Shown: one piece after another, positions 39,408 to 49,200 of the stretch
How positions within the stretch are numbered: position 1 is the first letter of the stretch
How the letters are laid out: every line of letters starts with the position of its first letter
Assembly (NCBI GenBank): GCA_963555985.3
Contig: OY820591.1
Location: 160,001-224,000, forward strand
Source: Dehalococcoidia bacterium
GTDB taxonomy: Bacteria; Chloroflexota; Dehalococcoidia; Bin125
Direction: 5' to 3'
Length of the DNA stretch: 64,000 bases
Position numbers and translations under genes: made by a program
Notes under the pieces: model-generated
What the model was told of the DNA's origin: nothing
What the model saw: the letters and a program-made list of their open reading frames with translations, nothing else
Database searches by the model: none

Positions 39408-39779
39408 ATGGTGACTGAGGAACATCCGAAGAAGGAATGGGGTCCGCGCCCGGGAGAAGACTGGCGCGCCCATCGGATGCGGGTGTTCGCCGATTACCCC
39501 GAGATGCTCGAAGTCCTGCGCATCGCCGAGTCCAGAGAACACGAAGCGGAAATCTGGCGCGAGCGCAGCTTGGCAGCGTGGGAGGGTGATCCCGAAATGC
39601 AGCAGCTCATCCGCGAGACGCCGTTCGACCTCGAGTCCAGCCCCGAAGAGGACGAAGAAGACATCCGCATCTGCCGCGAGCGGGCCGCTCGTGGAGTTTC
39701 CTACCCGCTTGAAGACGTACTCCGCGAACTGGCGGAGGAATTCCCCGACGAGGCCGAAGATATCCTCGCCGGACTATGA
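39408..39779 (+). CDS. putative antitoxin
   Basis: acidic protein, ATGA overlap with RelE-like gene; YPLEDVLREL tail. Confidence 0.6.
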   Translation: MVTEEHPKKEWGPRPGEDWRAHRMRVFADYPEMLEVLRIAESREHEAEIWRERSLAAWEGDPEMQQLIRETPFDLESSPEEDEEDIRICRERAARGVSYPLEDVLRELAEEFPDEAEDILAGL

Positions 39780-40210
39780 GATACGTCGTCAATCTTGACC
39801 CGGACGCCAAAGCAGAACTCCGCCGCCTGAGCCCGGACCCCAAGAGCGAAGTCAACAAGGTGCTGAAGCGTCTGGTGATGGGACCCGACCCGAAGCGTGG
39901 TGACCTGCGGTTGCAGGGCAAAGGCGACAAGTTACAGAGCCAAGACAACCTCTGGCGCGCTCTGGCCGGGCGTCGTTGGCGAGTCGTCTTCGCAGTGCTG
40001 CCCGAGCGGCGCATCGAAGTGCGACGAATCCGCAGACGACCGCTCGCCTACAAAGGCATCGAACACCCGGGCCGACAAGAACTCCAGGAGGACGCCGCAC
40101 CATACTCCGGCGAAGCCGCTCCAATAACCCTCGCCGCCCACACCGGTTCTCCCATGCCTCGCCTAGCCGCCACCCGCCGCGACTCTGTCACCGAAGTCGC
40201 CGAAGGCTAA
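39776..40210 (+). CDS. RelE/ParE family toxin with C-terminal extension
   Basis: AKAELRRL, LWRALAGRRWRVVF, RRRPLAY. Confidence 0.75.
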   Translation: MRYVVNLDPDAKAELRRLSPDPKSEVNKVLKRLVMGPDPKRGDLRLQGKGDKLQSQDNLWRALAGRRWRVVFAVLPERRIEVRRIRRRPLAYKGIEHPGRQELQEDAAPYSGEAAPITLAAHTGSPMPRLAATRRDSVTEVAEG

Positions 40211-40233
40211 ACTGGCTCAAGAAACACGACATC

Positions 40234-40623
40234 ATGGTCGCCGAACCGCACCACACCCAAGCCGAAGCCTGGCAACGCGCCGAAAAGCTGCGCATCGCCG
40301 CCCAATACCCCGGCGAAGACGAAGACTTCGCCGAGACCATCCTCGCAACCCCCTGGCGCGACACCCTCGAAACCGATGTCCGCCGCGTCTACAAGGCGCA
40401 CATGGAGTGGGCTGCGCCGGTCCGCGCACAAGGCGAGTTCACGCTTCCAAGCCTCGATCTCTTCTGGGAAAACGTCGCCTTACTGCTGCCCGACTATGAG
40501 CTGTATCTCAGCAAAGTGCAGCGCGAGACGCCCGCAGGCCGCGAATTCATGAAGCGCGTCAAGCGAATCTATCCGGACGCCGCTGACACGTTCAAGTACG
40601 CCGACGTTCCTCCCGAACCGTGA
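40234..40623 (+). CDS. putative antitoxin
   Basis: GTGA overlap with second RelE-like gene; N-terminus resembles the 39408 protein. Confidence 0.55.
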   Translation: MVAEPHHTQAEAWQRAEKLRIAAQYPGEDEDFAETILATPWRDTLETDVRRVYKAHMEWAAPVRAQGEFTLPSLDLFWENVALLLPDYELYLSKVQRETPAGREFMKRVKRIYPDAADTFKYADVPPEP

Positions 40624-40922
40624 CCACACCACCCTTCTGGCGCGTGATCCTGAGCGCTGACGCACAGCGACAACGCCGGCAGTTGATTGGAAGAGCAAAG
40701 CGTGAGCTCAACGACGCGCTTCGGCTGCTCCGAGGCGGGCCAACGCGCATCGCGGACTCCATCGAGCTACAGGGACACCCCCGCATCTGGAGAATCCGGC
40801 TCGCCGTCGGCAATCGTCGGCTGATCTTCCGAGTCGATCAGGAACAACGTCGAATCGTCGTCCTCGACATCCTCAGACGCGATCAGGCGTATCTGAAGTA
40901 CCCACTGCCCAGCGATGACTAG
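40620..40922 (+). CDS. RelE/ParE family toxin
   Basis: LQGHPRIWRIRL..RRLIFRVD..RIVVLDI.RRDQAY. Confidence 0.8.
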   Translation: MTTPPFWRVILSADAQRQRRQLIGRAKRELNDALRLLRGGPTRIADSIELQGHPRIWRIRLAVGNRRLIFRVDQEQRRIVVLDILRRDQAYLKYPLPSDD

Positions 40923-40928
40923 ACGTCT

Positions 40929-41405
40929 CTAGTACCCACTCCGACGACCCACTGACCGCACATCCCAGACCGCAATCCCTACTACCGCCGCCAGACTCAG
41001 CGCAATCAACACCAGCAACACCACTCCCCCAGCGCCGCCGATATCCGCCAACTGACGCATCGCCACCATGATCCCGGCCGCCGAAACCGCCAGCCCGACA
41101 TACAGCCAGTGCCGTACCCACTCCGCTGCAAAGTTCACCGCAATCGCCACTGCAACCGCCAGATTCACCACGATCAGCAGATGCACGTCCGCGTGACGGC
41201 TCCACCCGCCCCAGGCCGTACCCGTCAGGTCGTTCACTTCAACTGCCGTCCCCCCGCGCAGCGCGAGGAAGAGCACAATGATCGCGCCTCCCGCGAACCC
41301 GCCCACCAGCGGACGGAACATGCGCGGACCCATCACCTCCCAGGCGCGCGAGGGCAGCGCTCCAAGCCGAGTCCGGCTGTGCTCGTACTGGTGCTCGTCG
41401 GCCAT
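40929..41405 (-). CDS. hypothetical membrane protein
   Basis: four hydrophobic segments; co-oriented with upstream SDR. Confidence 0.6.
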   Translation of the reverse strand: MADEHQYEHSRTRLGALPSRAWEVMGPRMFRPLVGGFAGGAIIVLFLALRGGTAVEVNDLTGTAWGGWSRHADVHLLIVVNLAVAVAIAVNFAAEWVRHWLYVGLAVSAAGIMVAMRQLADIGGAGGVVLLVLIALSLAAVVGIAVWDVRSVGRRSGY

Positions 41406-41426
41406 TCGGTGCTCCTTGACCGCAGT

Positions 41427-42206
41427 CTAGATGTTCGAGCGTGTCTGCCCGCCGTCCACGTTCAGACACGCCCCCGTCACCCAACTCGCGCGCGCCGAGC
41501 AGAGAAACGCAACCACGTCCGCCACCTCCTCAGGACGACCGAAGCGATTGAACGCAATCGTGTCCAGCACGCTTGCCTGAATCCCCTTGGGATCAGTCTC
41601 ATAGCGCGTCTGCCAACGACTCCCCGGCCAGGCAATCGACCCCGGCGCCACCGCATTGGCGCGGATATTCTGCGGTGCCAGCTCCAGCGCCAACGACTTG
41701 GCATGGCTATGAATCGCCGCCTTCATCGCGTTGTATTGCGCCGAACCCCCCGCCTCCCGCCCAAAGATCGAGCCGATGTGCACGATGCTCGAACTATCCG
41801 CGCCCTCCCCCCCGGCAGCGGCCGCAAGATGCGGCAGCGCCGCCCGAGTTGTCCGCACCGCCGCCATCAGATTGAGGTCAAACATCGACTGCCAAACTTC
41901 GTCACCCTCACCACGCAGCGAGACGCCCATGTTGTTGACCAGAATCGAGAGTCCGCCCAACGCCTCAACCGTGCTGGCGACCACACGGTCGCTCGAGTCC
42001 GCCTCCCCCAGATCGGCGGCCACAGCATGAACCCGCCCAGGTCCAGCCGAGTCAATCGCAGCCGCCGCCTGCTCCAGCGTCTTCGGACGCCGCGCGCAGA
42101 TCGCAACATCCACACCCTCCGCCGCCAGCGCCAGCGCGCAGTAGAAGCCGATCCCTTCCGACGCGCCGGTCAACAGCGCCGCCTTGCCATTCAGTCCCAA
42201 GTCCAT
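41427..42206 (-). CDS. short-chain dehydrogenase/reductase
   Basis: TGASEGIG, LVNN, YNAMK, APG, VDGG. Confidence 0.92.
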   Translation of the reverse strand: MDLGLNGKAALLTGASEGIGFYCALALAAEGVDVAICARRPKTLEQAAAAIDSAGPGRVHAVAADLGEADSSDRVVASTVEALGGLSILVNNMGVSLRGEGDEVWQSMFDLNLMAAVRTTRAALPHLAAAAGGEGADSSSIVHIGSIFGREAGGSAQYNAMKAAIHSHAKSLALELAPQNIRANAVAPGSIAWPGSRWQTRYETDPKGIQASVLDTIAFNRFGRPEEVADVVAFLCSARASWVTGACLNVDGGQTRSNI

Positions 42207-42307
42207 TCGTCCACCTCCGCAGCGCATTCTAAAGACCACGCCTCAGTTCCTTCCCTCTCTCCGCGCCTCTATCGCCCAACCTGCCCTGTCCGCGTAATCT
42301 CAAGATC

Positions 42308-44740
42308 ATGACCACCCAGACCCCGCTCGACTGGCGAGCCGCCGCCCTCGCCTTGCGACAAGGCGCGTCCCTGATCCGCGCTCTCGCCGGCACGACCGCC
42401 TCGATCGCCCTCCAAGCTCCCCAAACCCACAAGCGCCGCGGCCGCGTCTCCGTCTCCGGCATCGACGCCACCGTGGAAATCCTCCGCGACCGCTGGGGCG
42501 TCCCCCACTGCTTCGCGCAGTCCGCCGCCGACGCGCTCTTCGCGCTGGGCTACGTCCACGCCCAGGATCGTCTCTGGCAGATGCAGTGGAGCCGTCGCGC
42601 CGCGCTGGGACGGATCGCTGAGATCGCCGGCCCGCAAGCGCTCCCCACCGACCGGCTTGCTCGCACGCTCGGACTCGAACGCGCCTCACGCGCCGCCTGG
42701 GACGCGACGCCGCAACAGGGCCGCGAGGAATTACTCCCCTACATCGCCGGCATCAACGCCGCCCTTGCCCGCGCTCCCAAACCCCTCGAAGCGCAGATCC
42801 TCGACGACTGGATCGGCCCCTGGCAAGCCTCCGACTCCATCGCCTGGGGCAAACTGCTCTCCTTCCTGCTTGCTCCTGCTTGGGAACAACAGCTCATGCG
42901 CGCGCGCATCGTCCAGACCGCCGGTCTGGAGACCCTGGAAGCACTCGATCCGCCCTTAGCTCCCGATACTTCCGTCGCCGCCCCGCCCGACGCCGACTAC
43001 GGCGAACTCTGTACTCCCTTGCACGAAGCCGCCGCTCAACTCAGCGAGCTCCTCGGCATTCACGGCGGCGCGAGCAACAACTGGGCCGTCGCCGGAGAAC
43101 ACACCGTCAGCGGCGCTCCGATCTTCGCCTGCGATCCCCATCTCACCCCCGTCGCTCCCCCCCACGCCTACTTTGTCCATCTCCACTGCCCCGAATTCAA
43201 CGCCGCCGGCGCGAGCATCCCCGGCCTGCCCGGCATCATCTGGGGCTGCAACGACCGGATCGCCTGGGGGCCGACGGCGGGAATGCAGACCATGCACATC
43301 GCCGTCGTCGAAGAACTGTCCGCCGACAGCCAGTCTTCGCGCACACCCGACGGCTGGCAACCGATCAGCACGCGCATCGAACAGATTCCCGTGCGCGGCT
43401 ACCCCGATGAGACGCTCGAACTGCGCGAAACCGTGAACGGTCCCCTGGTCTCCGAGGTGCTCCCGCCCAATCTGGCGCAACGCTGGAACAGTACCCGCGC
43501 GCTCGCGCTGCATTCGCAGGTACTTGCTCCGACCCACGGCGGAATCGGCATCGCCGATATCCTCCGCGCCCGCAACTGGGACGAGTTCTGCGCCGCCACC
43601 GACAATATGCGCGACTTCAACCTCTGCTACGCCTACGCCGACATCAACGGCCGCATCGGCCTACGGGTCAGCGGCGACGTACCGCGCGGCAACCCGCAGT
43701 CGCTCCGCTTCCCGGTCGCCGGATGGCTCCCGCCCGAAGCTGGCGGCGTGCCCCAGGATGTGCTCTGCGGCGACCAACTCCCGCACACGGTCGATCCCAC
43801 CGAAGGCATCGTCATCAGCGCCAACTCACCGCTCACTCCCGCCGAACGGATGCAATTCGGAGCCGAGTACCTCGATCCGGCGCGCGCCTCCCGCATCCGT
43901 GAACTGCTGACCGAACACCGACCTCACACCCGCGCCGACTCGGCCGCAATCCAGCGCGACCGGGTCTCCCTGCCGCTGCGCGCCTTTGCCCGCCAATTGG
44001 CGCAAGCTGAACCGAGCGACGACGACGCCCAACACCAACTCTCCACGCTCGCGGACTGGGACGGCGCAATGCGCGCCGACTCCACCGCCGCCGCCCTCGC
44101 CGCCGCCGCCCTGATCGAGTACCGCCGCGCCGAACTAAGCGAGCTGCTGGGCGAACGCGGTCAAGACCTGCTCGAACCGCTGCTCGCGATCCCCACCCTC
44201 GATATCTTCGCCGCCCGCGCCACCACCTGGGCCTTGACCCGGATCGAGAACGATCCCGAATCCGCCTCCGAGTTGGGCGCAGCTCTGGATCGCGCCGTTC
44301 GGGTGCTTCGGCGGCGCTTTGGGCCAGATTCGGGCGCCTGGACCTGGGGACGCTCCCGCCCGCTCGTGCTCAAACACGGATTGGCCGATGCCCCTGTGAT
44401 CGGCTCCCTACTCTCCGCCGGCCCCTTCGCCCACGGCGGCGAGGCGGACACCATCGCCCAGTCGGGAGTCCTGGGGCTGCGCCACGGACAACCCGTCTCC
44501 GCTCTGCCCGCCTTACGCCTGGTCGTAGAGCTCACCGATCCGCCCCAAGCCGAATTCGTTCTCGCCGGAGAACAAGTCCACGAACCCCTCCGCCCCAACG
44601 GACCCATGCTCGACGCCTGGCGTCACGATCGCCTCCACCCACTCCTACGCGACCGCGAGGCGGTCGAAGAAGCCTCCTCCCGCCGTTTGCGCCTGGAGCC
44701 GTATCGTCCCGTCGAAGGACGCCGCCAAGAGCTGCAATGA
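42308..44740 (+). CDS. penicillin acylase family Ntn hydrolase
   Basis: RDRWGVPH, HAQDRLWQ, GASNNW, DPHL. Confidence 0.9.
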   Translation: MTTQTPLDWRAAALALRQGASLIRALAGTTASIALQAPQTHKRRGRVSVSGIDATVEILRDRWGVPHCFAQSAADALFALGYVHAQDRLWQMQWSRRAALGRIAEIAGPQALPTDRLARTLGLERASRAAWDATPQQGREELLPYIAGINAALARAPKPLEAQILDDWIGPWQASDSIAWGKLLSFLLAPAWEQQLMRARIVQTAGLETLEALDPPLAPDTSVAAPPDADYGELCTPLHEAAAQLSELLGIHGGASNNWAVAGEHTVSGAPIFACDPHLTPVAPPHAYFVHLHCPEFNAAGASIPGLPGIIWGCNDRIAWGPTAGMQTMHIAVVEELSADSQSSRTPDGWQPISTRIEQIPVRGYPDETLELRETVNGPLVSEVLPPNLAQRWNSTRALALHSQVLAPTHGGIGIADILRARNWDEFCAATDNMRDFNLCYAYADINGRIGLRVSGDVPRGNPQSLRFPVAGWLPPEAGGVPQDVLCGDQLPHTVDPTEGIVISANSPLTPAERMQFGAEYLDPARASRIRELLTEHRPHTRADSAAIQRDRVSLPLRAFARQLAQAEPSDDDAQHQLSTLADWDGAMRADSTAAALAAAALIEYRRAELSELLGERGQDLLEPLLAIPTLDIFAARATTWALTRIENDPESASELGAALDRAVRVLRRRFGPDSGAWTWGRSRPLVLKHGLADAPVIGSLLSAGPFAHGGEADTIAQSGVLGLRHGQPVSALPALRLVVELTDPPQAEFVLAGEQVHEPLRPNGPMLDAWRHDRLHPLLRDREAVEEASSRRLRLEPYRPVEGRRQELQ

Positions 44741-44767
44741 GCCTGCCCAAGGGAGACCGATGCCTAA

Positions 44768-44889
44768 CCGTCATACCCGCGCTTGCCGCGGGTATCTCGC
44801 TGAGTCGAGCACCGACGTCGGCGCAAAACACGGCAAGATTGCCGCAGTCTGACCTTGGCTTGAACAATGGGCGGAGCGCGGCAATGACC
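44768..44889. repeat. REP family B inverted dimer with nested unit
   Basis: ccgtcatacccgcgcttgccgcgggtatctc...agattgccgc[agtctgaccttggcttgaacaatggg]cggagcgcggcaatgac. Confidence 0.8.
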
Positions 44890-44968
44890 GAAATGAGGGC
44901 TTGCGCATCGGTTTCCGAGAGCCTTCGGTAGACTGGATCACTTAGAGATCACTGCGAGCGAGGAATCG

Positions 44969-45694
44969 ATGGCCACAGCAGGATCAGCACTGGAAATTCA
45001 ACGCGACGGAGCCGTCGCCGCCGTCACCGGCGGCGCAGCCCTCGACGCCGATTTCCGCTTCCAGCTTGACGACTGCTGCGCCGCGCTGGTGGACGACGCG
45101 GAGGTTCGAGCAATCCTGCTCGGTCCCACTCCCGCCGTCTGGAGCGGCTACGCCGAACCGCCCGAACCGGGCGACCTCTTCGCCGCTCTCGCCGAACTCC
45201 CCCAACCAACCATCGCCGTCCTCAGCGGCGACACGCTGGGAGGCGGACTCGAGCTCGCCCTCAGCGCCGATCTGCGAGTCGCCGGCAGCAAAATCCGGCT
45301 CGGCCTCCCCGATCTCCTCACCGATGCCGACCACTTCCCCCGCGCCGGCGGACTCCAACGCCTCAGCCGCGCCCTCGGACGCTCCCGCGCCGCCCAGCTC
45401 ACTCTGCTCGAAACCACGCTCTCGGCAGAGCAAGCGCTGGACTGGGGATTGGTCAACGCCGTCAGTGGCGACCCGAGCACAGCAGCACTCGAACTCGCCC
45501 ACCAGATCGCCCAACGCGGCCCGATCGCCGCCCGCTACGCCAAAGACGCCGTCCGCCACGGCCTCGAGCTGCCGCTCGCCCAAGCGCTCCACTACGAAAC
45601 CGAGCTCACGATCTTGCTCCAAGACACCGCCGACCGAGCCGAAGGCGTTCGCGCCTTCGTCGAAAAGCGGCCACCTCAGTTCCAGGGCGCCTGA
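44969..45694 (+). CDS. enoyl-CoA hydratase/isomerase family protein (divergent)
   Basis: LGGGLELALSADLR, GLVN, EGVRAFVEKRPPQFQG. Confidence 0.85.
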   Translation: MATAGSALEIQRDGAVAAVTGGAALDADFRFQLDDCCAALVDDAEVRAILLGPTPAVWSGYAEPPEPGDLFAALAELPQPTIAVLSGDTLGGGLELALSADLRVAGSKIRLGLPDLLTDADHFPRAGGLQRLSRALGRSRAAQLTLLETTLSAEQALDWGLVNAVSGDPSTAALELAHQIAQRGPIAARYAKDAVRHGLELPLAQALHYETELTILLQDTADRAEGVRAFVEKRPPQFQGA

Positions 45695-45742
45695 GAGACG
45701 CCCAACCACACCCACGCCGCCTAGCAGACTGGAGGAACACCG

Positions 45743-45991
45743 ATGCAACTGATCCTGGATGAAGAAGAAACCTGGTCGTTAATGGCCCTTGTCACCGCAC
45801 AGGTGCTCGATCAGGTCGAACTCTCGGACGATGCCGCCAAAGCCGTCCGCGACTGGCGCGCCGCCCACGTCGAAGGCAACGCCGCCATGCTCGAATTGAC
45901 CGAACAGGTCAACGCCGCGCTCGGCAACACCATCGACGAAGAACTCACCCGCCAAATCCGACGCCGCGACTACTACCGCACCGTCCGCTAG
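45743..45991 (+). CDS. small hypothetical protein (paralog of 46005)
   Basis: GGAGGA RBS; host codon usage; LDEEETW motif. Confidence 0.7.
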   Translation: MQLILDEEETWSLMALVTAQVLDQVELSDDAAKAVRDWRAAHVEGNAAMLELTEQVNAALGNTIDEELTRQIRRRDYYRTVR

Positions 45992-46004
45992 AAAGCACCC
46001 CATC

Positions 46005-46247
46005 ATGGTCAAAGTCGAACTCGATGTCGAAGAAGCCTGGGCGATCTTCAACCAGATCGTCAACCAGATGCTCGATGAAGTCGATCTTCACAAGAGCGAC
46101 CGCGCCGCCATCCGCCGCTGGAAATCCGGCGAAATGCGCCCCGGCCGCGAAGAAATGGACGAACTCCACGAGAAAATCAACGACGACGTCGAACGCCTCT
46201 GGTCCGTCCGCCGCAAAAGCGAAATCCGCTCACCCGACTGGCGCTAG
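46005..46247 (+). CDS. small hypothetical protein (paralog of 45743)
   Basis: LDVEEAW motif; host codon usage. Confidence 0.7.
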   Translation: MVKVELDVEEAWAIFNQIVNQMLDEVDLHKSDRAAIRRWKSGEMRPGREEMDELHEKINDDVERLWSVRRKSEIRSPDWR

Positions 46248-46603
46248 TCGAGCTCGCGCAGCCTCGCGACAAAGCGCTCGACATGCGCGAGCCCCTCGGC
46301 CACATCCGCTTTCGGGAACCAGTTCTCATAGAAGTTCGTATGCAGCGCGCTGGCTTCCCGGAATTGATTGCCGAGCTCGGCATCGCCGGTCTCATCCACC
46401 AACCCGCGGACGACGATGAACAGATCGCGATGACCGCCGTGTCGGAGTCCTCTGGCCTCTGCGACCGCCTTAACAGCGACGGTGGCAGCTCCCCAACCCT
46501 TCTCCGACGCCTGCGTCAAGTCTTCCTCCGCCAGATGTAAGCGAGCCTTGCGCAGATATTCAGCGCTCAGATCGGTGTACCGTTCAGCGCCGGCAGTAGT
46601 CAT
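46244..46603 (-). CDS. PaREP1 family (HEPN-like) protein
   Basis: DLTQASEKGWGA, LHTNFYE. Confidence 0.85.
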   Translation of the reverse strand: MTTAGAERYTDLSAEYLRKARLHLAEEDLTQASEKGWGAATVAVKAVAEARGLRHGGHRDLFIVVRGLVDETGDAELGNQFREASALHTNFYENWFPKADVAEGLAHVERFVARLRELD

Positions 46604-46642
46604 AGACTCAGGCTAGCATCGCGCCGCTGAGGGCCGCCCGTC

Positions 46643-47377
46643 ATGACCGACCCCCTCGTCCTCTACGACAAACCCCATCCCACCATCGCCCACATCACCC
46701 TCAACCGACCCGAGGCGCTCAACGCCATCAACCTCGCCATGCGCGACGACCTCTGGACCTACCTCCAGGCCGTCCAACTCGACCCCGACGTCCGCGTCCT
46801 CGTCATCCGCGGCGCAGGCCCCCGAGCCTTCTCCGCCGGCGCCGACATTTCCGAGTTCGGTACTGCCCCCTCCCTCCACCAGTCCCGCGAAGCCCGCCGT
46901 CAGCGTGACCTCTGGGCCTTGCTCGAAGACCTGCCCATCCCCACCATCGCCGCGCTGCACGGATTCTGCTTCGGCGCAGGCATCGAACTCCCCCTCTACT
47001 GCGACCTCCGCATCGCCGCCGACAACACCCGCATCGGCCTGCCCGAAGTCACCCTCGGCTACATCCCCTCCGCCGGAGGTACCCAACTCATGCCCCGAAC
47101 CGCGCCGCCTGCCGCTGGACTTGGCATGATCCTGATCGGCAACCCAATCGACGCCGAGCGCGCCCTCTGCTGGGGCATCGTCCACCGCGTCGTCCCCCTC
47201 GAACAACTCGATCCCGCCGTCAACGCCGTCGCCCAACGCCTTGCCCAGGCTGACCCCGCCCTCACCGCCGCCGTCAAGCGCAGCATCCGGCGCGGACTCG
47301 ATCTGCCGATCTCGGCCGCGATCCGCCAGGACGCGCTGACCGCACGCCGATTGCGCCATACACTGTCAGATCGTTAA
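46643..47377 (+). CDS. enoyl-CoA hydratase/isomerase family protein
   Basis: LNRPEALNA, AFSAGADI, GAGIE, GLPEV. Confidence 0.92.
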   Translation: MTDPLVLYDKPHPTIAHITLNRPEALNAINLAMRDDLWTYLQAVQLDPDVRVLVIRGAGPRAFSAGADISEFGTAPSLHQSREARRQRDLWALLEDLPIPTIAALHGFCFGAGIELPLYCDLRIAADNTRIGLPEVTLGYIPSAGGTQLMPRTAPPAAGLGMILIGNPIDAERALCWGIVHRVVPLEQLDPAVNAVAQRLAQADPALTAAVKRSIRRGLDLPISAAIRQDALTARRLRHTLSDR

Positions 47378-47423
47378 CCGCATTCTCACCCGCTCGCCCA
47401 CAGGAGCGCCAAGGAGCCGACTC

Positions 47424-48995
47424 GTGAATACCGCCGACATGCTCGACATCGCCGCCGCCAATGTGCCCGACCGCGTCGCCCTGCTCTGTGAAGACAACAG
47501 CAAGACCTTCGCCGAACTCGCCGCCGACGTCACCGTGCTCGCCAACGCTCTCCAGGGACTCGGCCTCTCCCGCGGCGACCACATCGGCGTGATGTCCGTC
47601 AACTCCGCCGAATACGTGATCATCTACTACGCCTGCGCCAAGATTGGCGTCACCTTCGTCCCGCTCAACTACCGCGCCAAGCGCGAAGAACTCACCTACA
47701 TGATCAACACGGTCGAAGCCAAACTGATCTTCGTCTCTGACCGCTACCAGGACCTCGTCCGCGCGATCCGCGACGACTGCCCCTCGGTTGAGCACTACGT
47801 CGCCCTTGAGCACGATGTCCCGCTGGGCCAGCAGCACTACCGCGACCTGATGGCCGCCGGCTCCGATGACTTCCTCTACGCCGAAGTCGAAGACAGCGAC
47901 CCCACCGTGATCATCTACACCTCCGGCACCACCGCCATGCCCAAGGGCGTCCAGGTCACCTACGGCGACCTCAGTAGCTACGCCATGAACACCATCGAAA
48001 TGGCCGACCCCACCGGCATCCACAACAAAACCCTGCTCTCCGTGCCGCTCTTCCACATCGCCGGCGCGACCACCATGATCTCCTCCGTCTGGGGCGGGCG
48101 CACCCTCGTCATCCTGCCCCAGTTCTCGCCCGCCTCCTGGATCGACGCTGTCGACACGCACGGCATCACCCACTCGATGGTCGTCCCCACCATGCTCAAG
48201 CGCACCATGGAGGACGAGAGCTTCGCCAACTTCAAGGGCGACACCCTCGAAGTCCTCACCTACGGCGCCGCGCCCATGCCCTACGACGTGATCCGCGCTG
48301 CCGTCGACGTCTTCCCCGCCAACGTCGGCTTCATGAACGCCTACGGCCAGACCGAATCGACCAGCACCATCTCCTTCCTCGGCCCCGACGACCACCGGCT
48401 CGACGGCAGCCCTGAAGAGGTCGCGGTCAAGGAGCACCGCCTGCGCTCCGTCGGCCGCGTCATGCCCGACATCGAGGTACTGATCCTCGACCCCGCCGAT
48501 CAGCCCGTCGGCGCCGGCGAAGAGGGCGAAATCTGCGTCCGCGGCGACCGCATCATGAGCGGCTACCTCAAGCAGGAGGAAGCCACCGCCTCCGCCATCC
48601 GCGACGGCGTCCTGCACACCGGTGACGTCGGCTACCTCGACGACGAGGGCTACCTCTTCATCACCGGACGCACCAAAGACCTCATCATCCGCGGCGGCGA
48701 GAACATCGCCCCCGGCGAAATCGAGCAGGTCCTCGAAGGCCACCCCGCCGTCGCCGAGGCCGCTGTCATCGGCGCGCCCGACCTCGAGTGGGGAGAGGTC
48801 GTCAAAGCCGTCGTCATCCTCCACGAGGGCCAGACCCTCACCCTCGACGACGCCGTAACCCACACCAAGTCCCAACTCGCCAGCTACAAAGCCCCCAGCT
48901 ACCTGGCCGTAGTAGACACCCTCCCCCGAAACCACATGGGCAAAGTCCTCAAAAACGACCTCCGCAAAACCCACGGCGAAGCGAAGAATGGGTAG
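47424..48995 (+). CDS. AMP-dependent acyl-CoA synthetase
   Basis: YTSGTTAMPKG, YGQTE, TGD, RTKDLIIRGGENI, GKVLK. Confidence 0.93.
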   Translation: MNTADMLDIAAANVPDRVALLCEDNSKTFAELAADVTVLANALQGLGLSRGDHIGVMSVNSAEYVIIYYACAKIGVTFVPLNYRAKREELTYMINTVEAKLIFVSDRYQDLVRAIRDDCPSVEHYVALEHDVPLGQQHYRDLMAAGSDDFLYAEVEDSDPTVIIYTSGTTAMPKGVQVTYGDLSSYAMNTIEMADPTGIHNKTLLSVPLFHIAGATTMISSVWGGRTLVILPQFSPASWIDAVDTHGITHSMVVPTMLKRTMEDESFANFKGDTLEVLTYGAAPMPYDVIRAAVDVFPANVGFMNAYGQTESTSTISFLGPDDHRLDGSPEEVAVKEHRLRSVGRVMPDIEVLILDPADQPVGAGEEGEICVRGDRIMSGYLKQEEATASAIRDGVLHTGDVGYLDDEGYLFITGRTKDLIIRGGENIAPGEIEQVLEGHPAVAEAAVIGAPDLEWGEVVKAVVILHEGQTLTLDDAVTHTKSQLASYKAPSYLAVVDTLPRNHMGKVLKNDLRKTHGEAKNG

Positions 48996-49070
48996 GTAGT
49001 CCATTGCGCAGAGGCCTCGCTGGACTGCGGCAAAAGCGGATATCGCTCACATTCCTGTATACTGCCCAGT

Positions 49071-49200
49071 AGAAAGCGGGTGAGTGCGCACGTGAGACTG
49101 GCTTCCTAGGAGTTCGTGGAGCTTGCGCTGAACAACCCCGCCCACAATGGGTAGCGAGCCCGCTACCGGCGCCGTCCTCCGGAAGGGGGGCGGCGCTTCA
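49071..49200 (+). ncRNA. candidate DUF3800-associated structured RNA
   Basis: TATACT -10 at 49058-49063; multiple stems; 12-bp terminal hairpin with GGAA (GNRA) loop and G-U pairs valid only on + strand. Confidence 0.55.

Noticed and set aside
49169-49196. SRP RNA, because of CCGGAAGG
   Set aside because: Lacks the CAGG/AGCA internal loop of SRP helix 8; the stem is fully paired
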